A stretch of 16,926 nt of DNA from Nanobdellota archaeon (GCA_038046345.1 JBBSWJ010000017.1:1-16926), one strand, 5' to 3'; counted from the first letter of the stretch, positions 1 through 8,390 are shown. A program made the numbers and translations. The notes: generated by a model not told the origin, from the letters alone.

Positions 1-65
1 AAATGAAATTGTTAATTAAATTCTTTACTTTCTAAATCTTTAAATAGAACTAAATTTTATTAATT

Positions 66-81
66 TATCAACATGTTGTAA
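66..81. promoter_or_regulatory. NrdR box 1
   Basis: tatCAAcATgTTGtaa fits the NrdR-box consensus acaCwAtATaTwGtgt; the core CAACATGTTG is a perfect palindrome; it lies upstream of nrdR-nrdJ. Confidence 0.8.
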
Positions 82-97
82 CTATAAAAAACTATAC

Positions 98-113
98 ATA
101 CAATATGTAGTAC
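98..113. promoter_or_regulatory. NrdR box 2
   Basis: ataCAAtATgTAGtac fits the same consensus, lies 32 bp from box 1 (the typical tandem spacing) and ends 3 bp before the nrdR ATG. Confidence 0.8.
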
Positions 114-116
114 TCA

Positions 117-554
117 ATGAGGTGTCCATTCTGTTTTAATACCACATTCAAGGTAACAGATAAACGGATGTCTCTTAATGATACTATTCGTAGGCGCCGT
201 GAATGCAAAAAATGCAAGAAAAGATTCACAACTTACGAACGTGCAGAGATACCAACATTAGTAATAAAAAAAGATGGACGGCGAGAAAAGTTTGACAGGG
301 AGAAACTGTTAATGGGTATACAAAAAGCTTGTGAAAAAAGAAAGGTTAGCGTTGAAAAAATAGAGCAAATTGTAAATCACATCGAGACAAGAATAAAATT
401 AAGTCATGGTAATGAAGTTAAAACAAAAAAAATTGGTGAAGAAGTTATGAATGCCTTAAAAAAACTTGATAAGGTTGCTTACATTCGTTTTGCTTCTGTC
501 TACAAAGATTTTACTGACACAAAAGATTTTCAAAAGGAGTTAGAGGGATTGTAA
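117..554 (+). CDS. nrdR: Transcriptional repressor NrdR (Zn ribbon + ATP cone)
   Basis: MRCPFC...RRRRECKKCKKRFTTYE zinc ribbon; VIKKDGRREKFDREKL ATP cone; LDKVAYIRFASVY C-terminal motif; TAA directly abuts the RNR ATG. Confidence 0.97.
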   Translation: MRCPFCFNTTFKVTDKRMSLNDTIRRRRECKKCKKRFTTYERAEIPTLVIKKDGRREKFDREKLLMGIQKACEKRKVSVEKIEQIVNHIETRIKLSHGNEVKTKKIGEEVMNALKKLDKVAYIRFASVYKDFTDTKDFQKELEGL

Positions 555-3440
555 ATGACTTATGAATTAGCAGACCCACTAGACTTGTTTGAGGGAGATA
601 AAGTTGCTACAAAACTTAGATTGCTGCCTGTTTATGTTTCAGAAGCAAGAACATCTCGTTTACAAGATCCTTTATATGATCCAAATCATGATAAAATTAT
701 TTTAGAAAAATGGAGTAGAAAGGATATATACACTAAACGTTTTGCTGAAACCCCAGAAATTATTTTTTACCGTGTTGCTCTGCAGGTTGCTAAGGGGCTA
801 TGTAATAATGATCCTGAATTAGATTATAGTTCAACTGTTGAAATGGTATTTACCAAATTTATTAATCGTGAAATATACCCCAATACTCCTTATATGGCAA
901 ATGCAGGTCATTCCTTATTTGTAGGGGAGTTGTTAGATCTGTTGAATAAAACACCAAGTTGCGAAGCTTCGCATATAAAAGAGGATTTAGAAAGGCAATT
1001 AAAACAAGAACCACAGCTCTTTGCTTGTTATGTTCTTGGTATGTCAGATTCACGTAAAAGTATCAATCAGACAATGGACACAGCTGCAGAAATTCATGCG
1101 CATATGGGTGGTACTGGCTTTAATTTTAGTTTATTAAGACCTGCAAATGAGGTCATTGAGAAATCAAACGGGGTTACTGATGGCCCTGTAAGTTTTATGT
1201 CTGGTTATTCACATTATCTTGGTAGAGTCATGAATCAAGGTGGCAAAAGGGAAGGAGCTAATATGTTCAATCTCGATTATAATCATCCTGATATTATGCG
1301 TTTTATTTATTGTAAACGCCAAGATGGTGAAGTTTCTGCGGCTAATATTTCCGTAACTGTTGAACATGAGTTTTTTAGAAAAGCAAGAGCTGAAAATCCA
1401 AAAGATCGTTTATATCCTTTAGTTAATCCGCATTATAATCCAGAATTAAGACCTCACATACAACAGTTTTATACACGAGAGCAATTGATTGGCTCTTTAA
1501 AGACTGCAGAACTTAACAAAAAAGCTGTTGTATCATTAAAGTTAGGCGATGGTAATAAAATTATTAGCCCATGGCTTCCAGATAATCTTGATGAAGAATA
1601 TAGAGTTATTGGTGAAGTTGGTGATGATGGTTTTATTTATTTAGATGCTTCAAAAGTTCTTCGTCATTTGGCATTTGGTGCATGGTTTAATGGAGAGCCT
1701 GGTATTATCCATTTAGGGCATATTAATGATGGTAATCCGACACACCCAAGACATTACTTAGAATATTTAGCTGAAAGTTTTAAGGCATGTGATTCTGAAA
1801 CAACAGCATTAGTTGAAGGTATTAGAGATTGTAATCCAGATGTTAAAGTTGAAGAATTATTGCTTAAGTTCATTCAAGAAAAAGATGAAAATGGGTTATA
1901 CTTTAATCTGCCTATTGGTGTTGGAGAGATGCGTGCAACCAATCCCTGTGGTGAAAAACCCTTATTACCTGATGAAGCATGCGTTCTTGGGCATACTAAT
2001 TGGGTTTCATTTTTAGAACGAGTACCTGGAACAGTTTCAGATTACAAAGTTAATGAAGAATTATTAGCTGAAAATACTAAACTGATGTATGAACTTCTTG
2101 ATGATGCAATTGATGCTAATTATTTTATAAATATGGGCATTGAACGCACTCAGAAAAGTAATAGAAAAATTGGTTTGGGTTTTATGGGGTTAGGTCATGC
2201 ATTAATGAAATTAGAACTTCCTTACAACTCTCAAGAAGGAAGAGATCTTGTAGAAAAGATATGGTCAATTCAAGAAAGAATAACTTTAGAAGCATCAAGA
2301 GTAAAAGCAGAAAGACTGGGAGCATTCCCTAACTTTAAGTTTAGTTCTCTTAGAAAAGGTACACTTCAAAGGAATGCTATATTAAGGACTTTAGCGCCAA
2401 CAGGAACAACCAGCACAATAGCTAAGGTGAGCGGTGGTATGGAACCAGAATATGCCTTAGCGTATACAAGAGAAACAGTACAAGGTACTAAAATCAAGGT
2501 TTTAAATCCTGTGCTTGAAGAAAAAATAACAAAGTATCCTTTCTTATTTGATCCGGAAGAACGTCATGGGTTTCTTGACTTTGTAGTTGCAAATGGATCA
2601 ATGCAAGGATACAGTCTAAAAAGGCACCATACAGAATCTGATGAAGCATTTAAGTCTAGAGAATCCCATCTCCAGAAAGTTAAAAGGTTCATGGTGATAA
2701 GTTATGATATTTCACCTGAAGATCATCTTAAGATGGAAGCAGTTGTTCAAAAGCACACTGATGATGCAATAAGTAAAACAGTTAACTTTAGACATTCAGC
2801 AACTGTAGACGATATTATAGATGGATTTCTTTTAGCTGATGAATTAGGGATTAAGGGTTTGACATTTTATCGTGAGGGCACAAGAAAGGATGCTCCACTC
2901 CAAGTTGGTAGGAAACCGAAGGAAGTTACAGCTACTTTAGAAGAAATACTAGAAGAAAGATTAAATAGAGCTTATCCGAATCTTCGAGGAACATCACAAG
3001 AGCTAAGAACTCCCTTTGGTCATTTATTCTTAAACTACTTCTGGAAAAAAGAAGACGGTACACCTTATAATGCTTTTATTACCATCGCAAGAGCTGGCAG
3101 TGATATTGCTGCAATGGCTGATGCTATTGGAAGAAGTATTTCAGATGATCTTACTATAGGATTTCCCATTCAAAGGATTATCAAACGCTATAAAGGGATT
3201 GGTGGTGAATCTCAATCGGGGGTAGGCCATAATCGTGTTAAATCTCTGCCAGATGGTATCGCACAATTATTAGAACGTGCTGAAGAAGAAAGAAAGAAGG
3301 ACTATAATAAGTCTGCTGAAGATAATAAAAAAACTACACCATTAAGCGGTAATCTTTGTCATTTATGTAGTTGTCCTTTACAAATGAGTGAAGGGTGTGA
3401 GAAATGTAGCAACATGTCATGTTCTTATTCCAAATGTTAA
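555..3440 (+). CDS. nrdJ: Class II (adenosylcobalamin-dependent) ribonucleotide reductase with C-terminal TSCPD-like domain and Cys-rich tail
   Basis: Motifs PNTPYMANAG, QLFACYVL (C158), GGTGFNFSLLRP, TNPCGE (C465/E467), ACVLG (C476), APTGTTS, AISKTVN, KGLTFYREGTR; C-terminal CHLC...GCEKC...CSYSKC; no N-terminal ATP cone and no beta-subunit gene nearby. Confidence 0.92.
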   Translation: MTYELADPLDLFEGDKVATKLRLLPVYVSEARTSRLQDPLYDPNHDKIILEKWSRKDIYTKRFAETPEIIFYRVALQVAKGLCNNDPELDYSSTVEMVFTKFINREIYPNTPYMANAGHSLFVGELLDLLNKTPSCEASHIKEDLERQLKQEPQLFACYVLGMSDSRKSINQTMDTAAEIHAHMGGTGFNFSLLRPANEVIEKSNGVTDGPVSFMSGYSHYLGRVMNQGGKREGANMFNLDYNHPDIMRFIYCKRQDGEVSAANISVTVEHEFFRKARAENPKDRLYPLVNPHYNPELRPHIQQFYTREQLIGSLKTAELNKKAVVSLKLGDGNKIISPWLPDNLDEEYRVIGEVGDDGFIYLDASKVLRHLAFGAWFNGEPGIIHLGHINDGNPTHPRHYLEYLAESFKACDSETTALVEGIRDCNPDVKVEELLLKFIQEKDENGLYFNLPIGVGEMRATNPCGEKPLLPDEACVLGHTNWVSFLERVPGTVSDYKVNEELLAENTKLMYELLDDAIDANYFINMGIERTQKSNRKIGLGFMGLGHALMKLELPYNSQEGRDLVEKIWSIQERITLEASRVKAERLGAFPNFKFSSLRKGTLQRNAILRTLAPTGTTSTIAKVSGGMEPEYALAYTRETVQGTKIKVLNPVLEEKITKYPFLFDPEERHGFLDFVVANGSMQGYSLKRHHTESDEAFKSRESHLQKVKRFMVISYDISPEDHLKMEAVVQKHTDDAISKTVNFRHSATVDDIIDGFLLADELGIKGLTFYREGTRKDAPLQVGRKPKEVTATLEEILEERLNRAYPNLRGTSQELRTPFGHLFLNYFWKKEDGTPYNAFITIARAGSDIAAMADAIGRSISDDLTIGFPIQRIIKRYKGIGGESQSGVGHNRVKSLPDGIAQLLERAEEERKKDYNKSAEDNKKTTPLSGNLCHLCSCPLQMSEGCEKCSNMSCSYSKC

Positions 3441-3508
3441 TGCTACAACTTTCGTTAACCATCAACTTTAAAAACATTAGTAATTCAGTTATTATGGAGT
3501 TGATTAAT

Positions 3509-3757
3509 ATGTCTGTTGATGTTAAACATGAACGTTGGAAGTGTATTGCTTGCGGTGCTTGTGCAGCAGTTACGCCTAAATTTTGGGTGATGGATGATAA
3601 TGATTTTAAGGCGGACTTAATTAGTAGTTTGCATACTAATATCACTGAAGGTCTTCTTGAGACTAGAACAGTTGATGGTGATGCTCAGGATGAAAAAGAT
3701 CTTAAAGAGTCTGAAGAAGCATGTCCTGTTGAGTGTATTCACGTCAATAAAACTTAA
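3509..3757 (+). CDS. Single-cluster ferredoxin
   Basis: CIACGAC plus distal ACPVECI; start moved to ATG 3509 because GGAGTTGA (SD-like) lies at 3496-3503 and the longer ORF overlaps nrdJ. Confidence 0.88.
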   Translation: MSVDVKHERWKCIACGACAAVTPKFWVMDDNDFKADLISSLHTNITEGLLETRTVDGDAQDEKDLKESEEACPVECIHVNKT

Positions 3758-3781
3758 ATACTTCTGTTTCTATTTTGTCTT

Positions 3782-4534
3782 ATGGACTTATTCCCCCGTT
3801 CCAGTTTAGATAATCGAAAGAACTTTTATAAGCAAGAGTTTTCTGTTGATGCTTTAGATTACTTTTTCTTTATTCATCCTCAATTTTTTGTTATTGATCA
3901 TGGTACTGAAACAAGGATTATTAATGATCCAAAAAAAGCTAATTCTTTACAGATTCTTCCGCCTAACCTTAGTTTTAAAGCTTTGAAAGCAAAATTAATT
4001 ATTGAAACTCCTGAAGATGTTTATTATGATCGTAATCTCTACAAAGATCCAAACATTTGTTTATCATGTAGGAAGTTTGATAGTTGTTTTACTTGTCCTT
4101 ATGGTAATTTTATGGGCCAACAATTAGTTTTTGATATTGATCCGCAGAATATTAATTGTTCTTCTTGTGGGCTTAGTAAGCATACTAATTTTTGTCCTGA
4201 GTGCATACAGCTTGCTGTGAGTAATGCTTTTTTGTTGAAAGAAGAATTATTGTATCGTTTTAGTGATGTTCGTGTTGTTTTTTCTGGTCGTGGTGCTCAT
4301 GTTCATGTCATGGATAGTTCTGCAAGGCGCTTGTCTTTTTCTGATCGTGTTCTTCTTAACAAACAGTTTGCTCATCTTGGTATTGATCAGTTTGTTTCTG
4401 CTGGATCCAGGCTTATTCGTTTGCCGTATTCATTAAATGCATTATCTTCAAGAAGGGTTGTTCCTATTCAGGATTCTTTTGATATTTTTTCAGAAGTTTT
4501 AATTCCTAGTTTTTTGAAGTCAAGCCCGATTTAA
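3782..4534 (+). CDS. Archaeo-eukaryotic primase small-subunit (PriS)-like protein
   Basis: AEP motifs LVFDID, SGRGAHVH, GID and RLIRLPYSLN; a Zn-knuckle-like CSSC...CPEC follows the DxD motif. Confidence 0.82.
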   Translation: MDLFPRSSLDNRKNFYKQEFSVDALDYFFFIHPQFFVIDHGTETRIINDPKKANSLQILPPNLSFKALKAKLIIETPEDVYYDRNLYKDPNICLSCRKFDSCFTCPYGNFMGQQLVFDIDPQNINCSSCGLSKHTNFCPECIQLAVSNAFLLKEELLYRFSDVRVVFSGRGAHVHVMDSSARRLSFSDRVLLNKQFAHLGIDQFVSAGSRLIRLPYSLNALSSRRVVPIQDSFDIFSEVLIPSFLKSSPI

Positions 4535-5098
4535 TATTGATTCGCATGCATTGCAGAATTTAATTCCTATTCTTGATAGTATTCCACCAGAGGATTCACC
4601 TGTAAGATACTCAGGTAGTGGTATATACATTGGGCAGACAGTACCATCATCGCCTAAAGTTTCTTCAATATGGTGTTCTACTTCAGCTAATAAGTGTGCA
4701 AGTTCATGTACTGCAACGCATGCTGTGAGCTTTTGAGCGTGTTCTCCTGTAAAAGCTTCAAGCCATGTTGACACCCATGCAACTCTCTGTTCTGGGTCAG
4801 AATTCCCAGGCATATCTACGAAGAGAGTAAGATTAGTAGGGTAACGGGTAATCCCTAAGTTTAATTCACCTTTACATTTCTGTTCACTTAAATATCTAAT
4901 AATCTTATCATCATCCAGCACTATGCGGGATCGTTCATTGAATTCCCATCTCTCACTATCCGTAAAGATTAAATCATTAAGACCAACAATTTCAGCAAGT
5001 CTATAACTGCCTATTCCTGGAAGTGATTGAATTATTTGTTTTGCTAAACCTTCAAGATTATGATGGTATCCAATGGGTGTTATCACCAAGTTGCTCAT
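4520..5098 (-). CDS. Archaemetzincin-like Zn metallopeptidase, copy A
   Basis: HELAHLLAEVEHH, Met-turn-like CPM and C-terminal FCNAC; TATA-like TTAATAAA 21 bp before the ATG. Confidence 0.72.
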   Translation of the reverse strand: MSNLVITPIGYHHNLEGLAKQIIQSLPGIGSYRLAEIVGLNDLIFTDSERWEFNERSRIVLDDDKIIRYLSEQKCKGELNLGITRYPTNLTLFVDMPGNSDPEQRVAWVSTWLEAFTGEHAQKLTACVAVHELAHLLAEVEHHIEETLGDDGTVCPMYIPLPEYLTGESSGGILSRIGIKFCNACESILNRA

Positions 5099-5204
5099 AC
5101 AGTGCGCAAATGCTAGTTATTTATTAAGCTTACTGCTGTGATTTATTTATGTAAAAACTATTCAGGATTTTTTTTCAGAAGTTTTAATTCCTAGTTTTTT
5201 GAAG

Positions 5205-5786
5205 TCAAGCCCGATTTAATCTTGATTTGCATACATCACAGAATTTAAGTCCTATTATTGATAGTATTTCACCAGAAGATTCACCTGTAAGATCCTGGTA
5301 TGGTATTTGATACATTGGGCAGACAGTGCCATCATCGCTTAAAGTTTCTTTATGATGATGTGCTATTCCAGGAGCTAATAAGTGTGCAAGCTCATGTACT
5401 GCAAAGTATGCTGTGAGTATTTGGGCGTGTTCTCCTGTAAAAGCTTTGAGCCATGTTGACACCCATGCAACTCCTCTTTGAGGTTCATAACTTCCCGACG
5501 TAGCCCGGCAAAGAGTAAGATCAGTAGGGTAATTAGTGATACCTAGGTTTAATTTATCAGAATGTTTGTTTCTGATTAGATATGCCATAATTTTAGTATC
5601 ATCCAACACTATTGGAAGTGGCTCTTTAACATCCCATACTTCATCCCCTGTATAAGTTAAACCATCAGGCTCAACAACGTCAGCAATTCTATAACTACCT
5701 ATTCCTGGAAGTGATTGAGTTATTTGTTTTGCTAAATTTTCAAGGTTATCATTTAGTCCAATAGATGTTATGATCAAACGTGGCAT
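5205..5786 (-). CDS. Archaemetzincin-like Zn metallopeptidase, copy B
   Basis: HELAHLLAPGIAHHH, CPM and FCDVC; clear paralog of 4520..5098 with the same promoter geometry. Confidence 0.72.
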   Translation of the reverse strand: MPRLIITSIGLNDNLENLAKQITQSLPGIGSYRIADVVEPDGLTYTGDEVWDVKEPLPIVLDDTKIMAYLIRNKHSDKLNLGITNYPTDLTLCRATSGSYEPQRGVAWVSTWLKAFTGEHAQILTAYFAVHELAHLLAPGIAHHHKETLSDDGTVCPMYQIPYQDLTGESSGEILSIIGLKFCDVCKSRLNRA

Positions 5787-5836
5787 ATCCCATGCAAATA
5801 CTAGCTATTTATTAATTTTCCTGCTGTGATTTGTTC

Positions 5837-6601
5837 ATGGAAAAAGTATATTTAGTAAGGGTTTCTGAGATATTTCTAAAAGGTAAGAATAGACCGTTTT
5901 TTCAGAAGGCGTTACTTAGGAATATTCGTGCGTGTTTGCAGGCTAATAATATCATTGCTGAGGTTATAAACAAGCATAATCGTATTATTATTAAATCAGA
6001 TCAGAATTGTTTATGTTTAAAAAATGTTTTTGGTATAGCTAATATCTCTAAGGGGGTTATAATTCCTGCTGATTTTATGTTATTAAAAAAAACTATTAAA
6101 TCTTTTTGGGGTGGCAAACCATTTGTTATTGAGACCAGGCGTATTGATAAGTCTTTTTCATTGAGTAGTTTAGAGATCAGTAAAGAAATTGCTGGTTTTC
6201 TTGGTGGTGATGTTTCTTTTAAAGATTATAAAGAATGGTTTGGTGTAGAAATTGATTCTGATGAGTTTTTTGTATTCACTGAAAAAATCCAATGTTATGG
6301 TGGTCTGCCTCTTGGTACTAATGGTTCTGTTGGGGTTTTTGTTCAGGATGAGAATTCTTTAAAGGCTGCTTGGTTGGTAATGCGTCGTGGTTGTAATGTT
6401 ATTCTGTTTGGTATGGATATTGATATTACAAGATTGAAGCAGTTTTCTTATGGTTGTCAAGTAAGAAAACAAGGAAGTATTCCTAAAGATATTTCTGCTA
6501 TTGTTGTTAATGACACTTTAGATAATTTAAGAGATTATGATTTTAATCTTCCAGTCTTTAGGCCTTTAGTTGGGTGTTTTGAAGAAGTCCCTGTATCATA
6601 A
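5837..6601 (+). CDS. ThiI-like THUMP-domain protein with degenerate, shortened PP-loop domain
   Basis: N-terminal SEIFLKGKNRPFF, THUMP region, GGLPLGTNG, MRRGC and PVFRPLVG match ThiI, but SGGxDS is replaced by VFVQDENS; ATG 5837 preferred over TTG 5831. Confidence 0.8.
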   Translation: MEKVYLVRVSEIFLKGKNRPFFQKALLRNIRACLQANNIIAEVINKHNRIIIKSDQNCLCLKNVFGIANISKGVIIPADFMLLKKTIKSFWGGKPFVIETRRIDKSFSLSSLEISKEIAGFLGGDVSFKDYKEWFGVEIDSDEFFVFTEKIQCYGGLPLGTNGSVGVFVQDENSLKAAWLVMRRGCNVILFGMDIDITRLKQFSYGCQVRKQGSIPKDISAIVVNDTLDNLRDYDFNLPVFRPLVGCFEEVPVS

Positions 6602-6948
6602 TCACCATTTTTTACTGTGTCTCTACTTTCTTTCCACATTTCTTCAAGTCTTATTGCAGAGTCTATACCTTTTGTTAATAAATCTTCTTCTTTCCATATA
6701 GAACCAACATCTTGCACATAATTAAATCGTCTGCTTCGGGTGGTGGAGAATGCCATACCTAAGTTTATTACACAACCATGCATAAACCCGTCTGCTTCTG
6801 CCAGATGTAAAGCATCATATTCATTTGCAGCGTGATAAACTCTTGATTCAATTCTTATTGGTGATATAAATATTGATTCGGGTGTATGTGCATACTCCCC
6901 CCAAACTTCAAAATATGGTAGGGGTATCATGTTTTGTTGGATTTCCAT
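6535..6948 (-). CDS. Hypothetical protein
   Basis: 137-codon ORF from ATG 6948 with TTTATAAT 21 bp upstream; no motif recognised; overlaps the thiI-like 3' end by 67 bp. Confidence 0.55.
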   Translation of the reverse strand: MEIQQNMIPLPYFEVWGEYAHTPESIFISPIRIESRVYHAANEYDALHLAEADGFMHGCVINLGMAFSTTRSRRFNYVQDVGSIWKEEDLLTKGIDSAIRLEEMWKESRDTVKNGDYDTGTSSKHPTKGLKTGRLKS

Positions 6949-7009
6949 AAAAACAAACTTAACCCCTTTATTATAAATGTTTCTTCTAAAATTTAAAAAT
7001 AAAAAAGAT

Positions 7010-7819
7010 TTACTTTTTTGCGTTAGGCAAATCTTTCCATGCAAGGTCAAATAAACCGTTTAGTGCGTTTGCAAAGAATGGTGTTGTTATCCATATGCCG
7101 ACATCATAAGTTGGATGTACACTTGCATCGTCCATTACCATGAACATTACTTCTTTGCCGTCAACTATGCAAAATCTTGCTACTATTTTGTCTATGTGTT
7201 TTACTTCTGCTGTTTTTTCTAGTTCCTTTGCTGCTTGTGCAGTTTCCTTGCTTATTGGTGCTGCTATTCTGATTTTGACATTTCTTTTCGCTAACTTTTC
7301 AAACTCTGGTTTTAGTGCATCTATCTTTCTTACCAATCCTTTATTTGTGGTCATGATATTTACGCTTTTGTTTGCGTTTTTTATCATTAGTTCTAAGTGT
7401 GTGTAAAGATTGTGTCTTCCTCTTATTGCGCCAGAAAGATCAGATGGTTCTATAAACTCTATTCCTTCTTTGTGGAGAGCGTTCAGTTCCTTTAATATAT
7501 CTGTCCCTTTTAGTTCGTTTAAGCGGTTTGTTGATTCATCTGCGTGTATTTTTACGTATTTTTTTACACGTTCAACTACTTCTAATGGTTCTACTGCAAT
7601 ATACTTTATTGGCTTCCCAAGCTTCATTACTACAAAACCTTTTTTTTCTAAAGATTCTAGAACATCATATGCTCTGGATCTTGGTACATTACCAATATCG
7701 GACAGCTCACCTGCTGTTGACACACCTCTTGATAAAAGTGCAGTCCATATCCTCACCTCGTATAGGTTGAGATTGAACGCTCTTCTAAGCTTATTTAAAA
7801 AATCTTCTTTTACAATCAT
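7010..7819 (-). CDS. TrmB-family (TrmBL2-like) regulator / chromatin protein
   Basis: FNLNLYE...VPRSRAYDVLESLEKKGF wHTH plus C-terminal PLD-fold region (RFCIVDGKEV...F.NALNGLFDLAW); GGAGG SD at 7830-7834. Confidence 0.9.
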   Translation of the reverse strand: MIVKEDFLNKLRRAFNLNLYEVRIWTALLSRGVSTAGELSDIGNVPRSRAYDVLESLEKKGFVVMKLGKPIKYIAVEPLEVVERVKKYVKIHADESTNRLNELKGTDILKELNALHKEGIEFIEPSDLSGAIRGRHNLYTHLELMIKNANKSVNIMTTNKGLVRKIDALKPEFEKLAKRNVKIRIAAPISKETAQAAKELEKTAEVKHIDKIVARFCIVDGKEVMFMVMDDASVHPTYDVGIWITTPFFANALNGLFDLAWKDLPNAKK

Positions 7820-7911
7820 TCTGTATTTTCCTCCATGCCTCTTTTTTTAACCACTTGTTAATATTAAATGTTATTCCTTACTGTGGTTTGATATCCACTT
7901 AGTATGAATGG

Positions 7912-7939
7912 TGAAAACTCTTCTATATAAAGATTTTCA
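7912..7939 (-). promoter_or_regulatory. TATA box inside a quasi-palindrome upstream of the TrmB-family gene
   Basis: tgaaaa-ctcttctatataaaga-ttttca; TTTATATA on the minus strand at 7924-7931. Confidence 0.55.
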
Positions 7940-7955
7940 TTATTTAATCAAGATA

Positions 7956-8390
7956 TTAGAATTTTTTTTGATTCATTTGGTTTCTTGATGACTTAGTTTG
8001 TTTATTAGTTTCCTCAAATAGCTTATTGATAATATATTTAATACTCTGTTTATTGGTATGAATGAAATTCTTTGTTATCATGAATCCTTCGTATGAAATA
8101 CGATTTCTATAGTCTCTTAATTGTTGTAGGAATTGTCTGGTTTGTTCATTTAATTTATGTTTTTTTGCTACGTAATCTATTAATTCTTGGTGTCCTCCTT
8201 CTCCTCTTATTTTAATGCCTGTTTGTAGTGTGATTGCTTCTAATAGCTTGTGGATTGTATCATAATAATCTACCAGTGTGTTGCTTGGATAGTTTTCTTC
8301 ATTTATTGTCTTTAATCTTTTTAATGTCACGTTAGCCATTTTTATTAATGCTTCAGCTTTTTGTTTGTCCGGTGTTATTTCTATGATCAT
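7956..8390 (-). CDS. HEPN-domain protein (RX4Y variant), module 1
   Basis: All-helical protein with LRDYRNRISYEG; ATGA overlap with the upstream MNT gene. Confidence 0.78.
   Translation of the reverse strand: MIIEITPDKQKAEALIKMANVTLKRLKTINEENYPSNTLVDYYDTIHKLLEAITLQTGIKIRGEGGHQELIDYVAKKHKLNEQTRQFLQQLRDYRNRISYEGFMITKNFIHTNKQSIKYIINKLFEETNKQTKSSRNQMNQKKF

Larger units (their letters stand above)
4464..5845. repeat. Tandem duplication, unit ~690 bp (4464-5157 / 5158-5845)
   Basis: ctattcaggatt at 4464 and 5158; cagaagttttaattcctagttttttgaagtcaagcccgatttaat identical at 4491 and 5176; ctgctgtgattt at 5133 and 5821; ATGTAAAAA (5149) versus ATGGAAAAA (5837). Confidence 0.92.

Noticed and set aside
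1746-1955. Possible intein near the TNPCGE motif of the RNR
   Set aside because: The insert is only ~55 aa, lies upstream of the motif, and has no Cys/Ser start, His-Asn end or endonuclease motifs.
4520-5786. Diversity-generating retroelement explaining the paralog divergence
   Set aside because: Substitutions involve all bases rather than adenines only, and no reverse transcriptase is present in the window.
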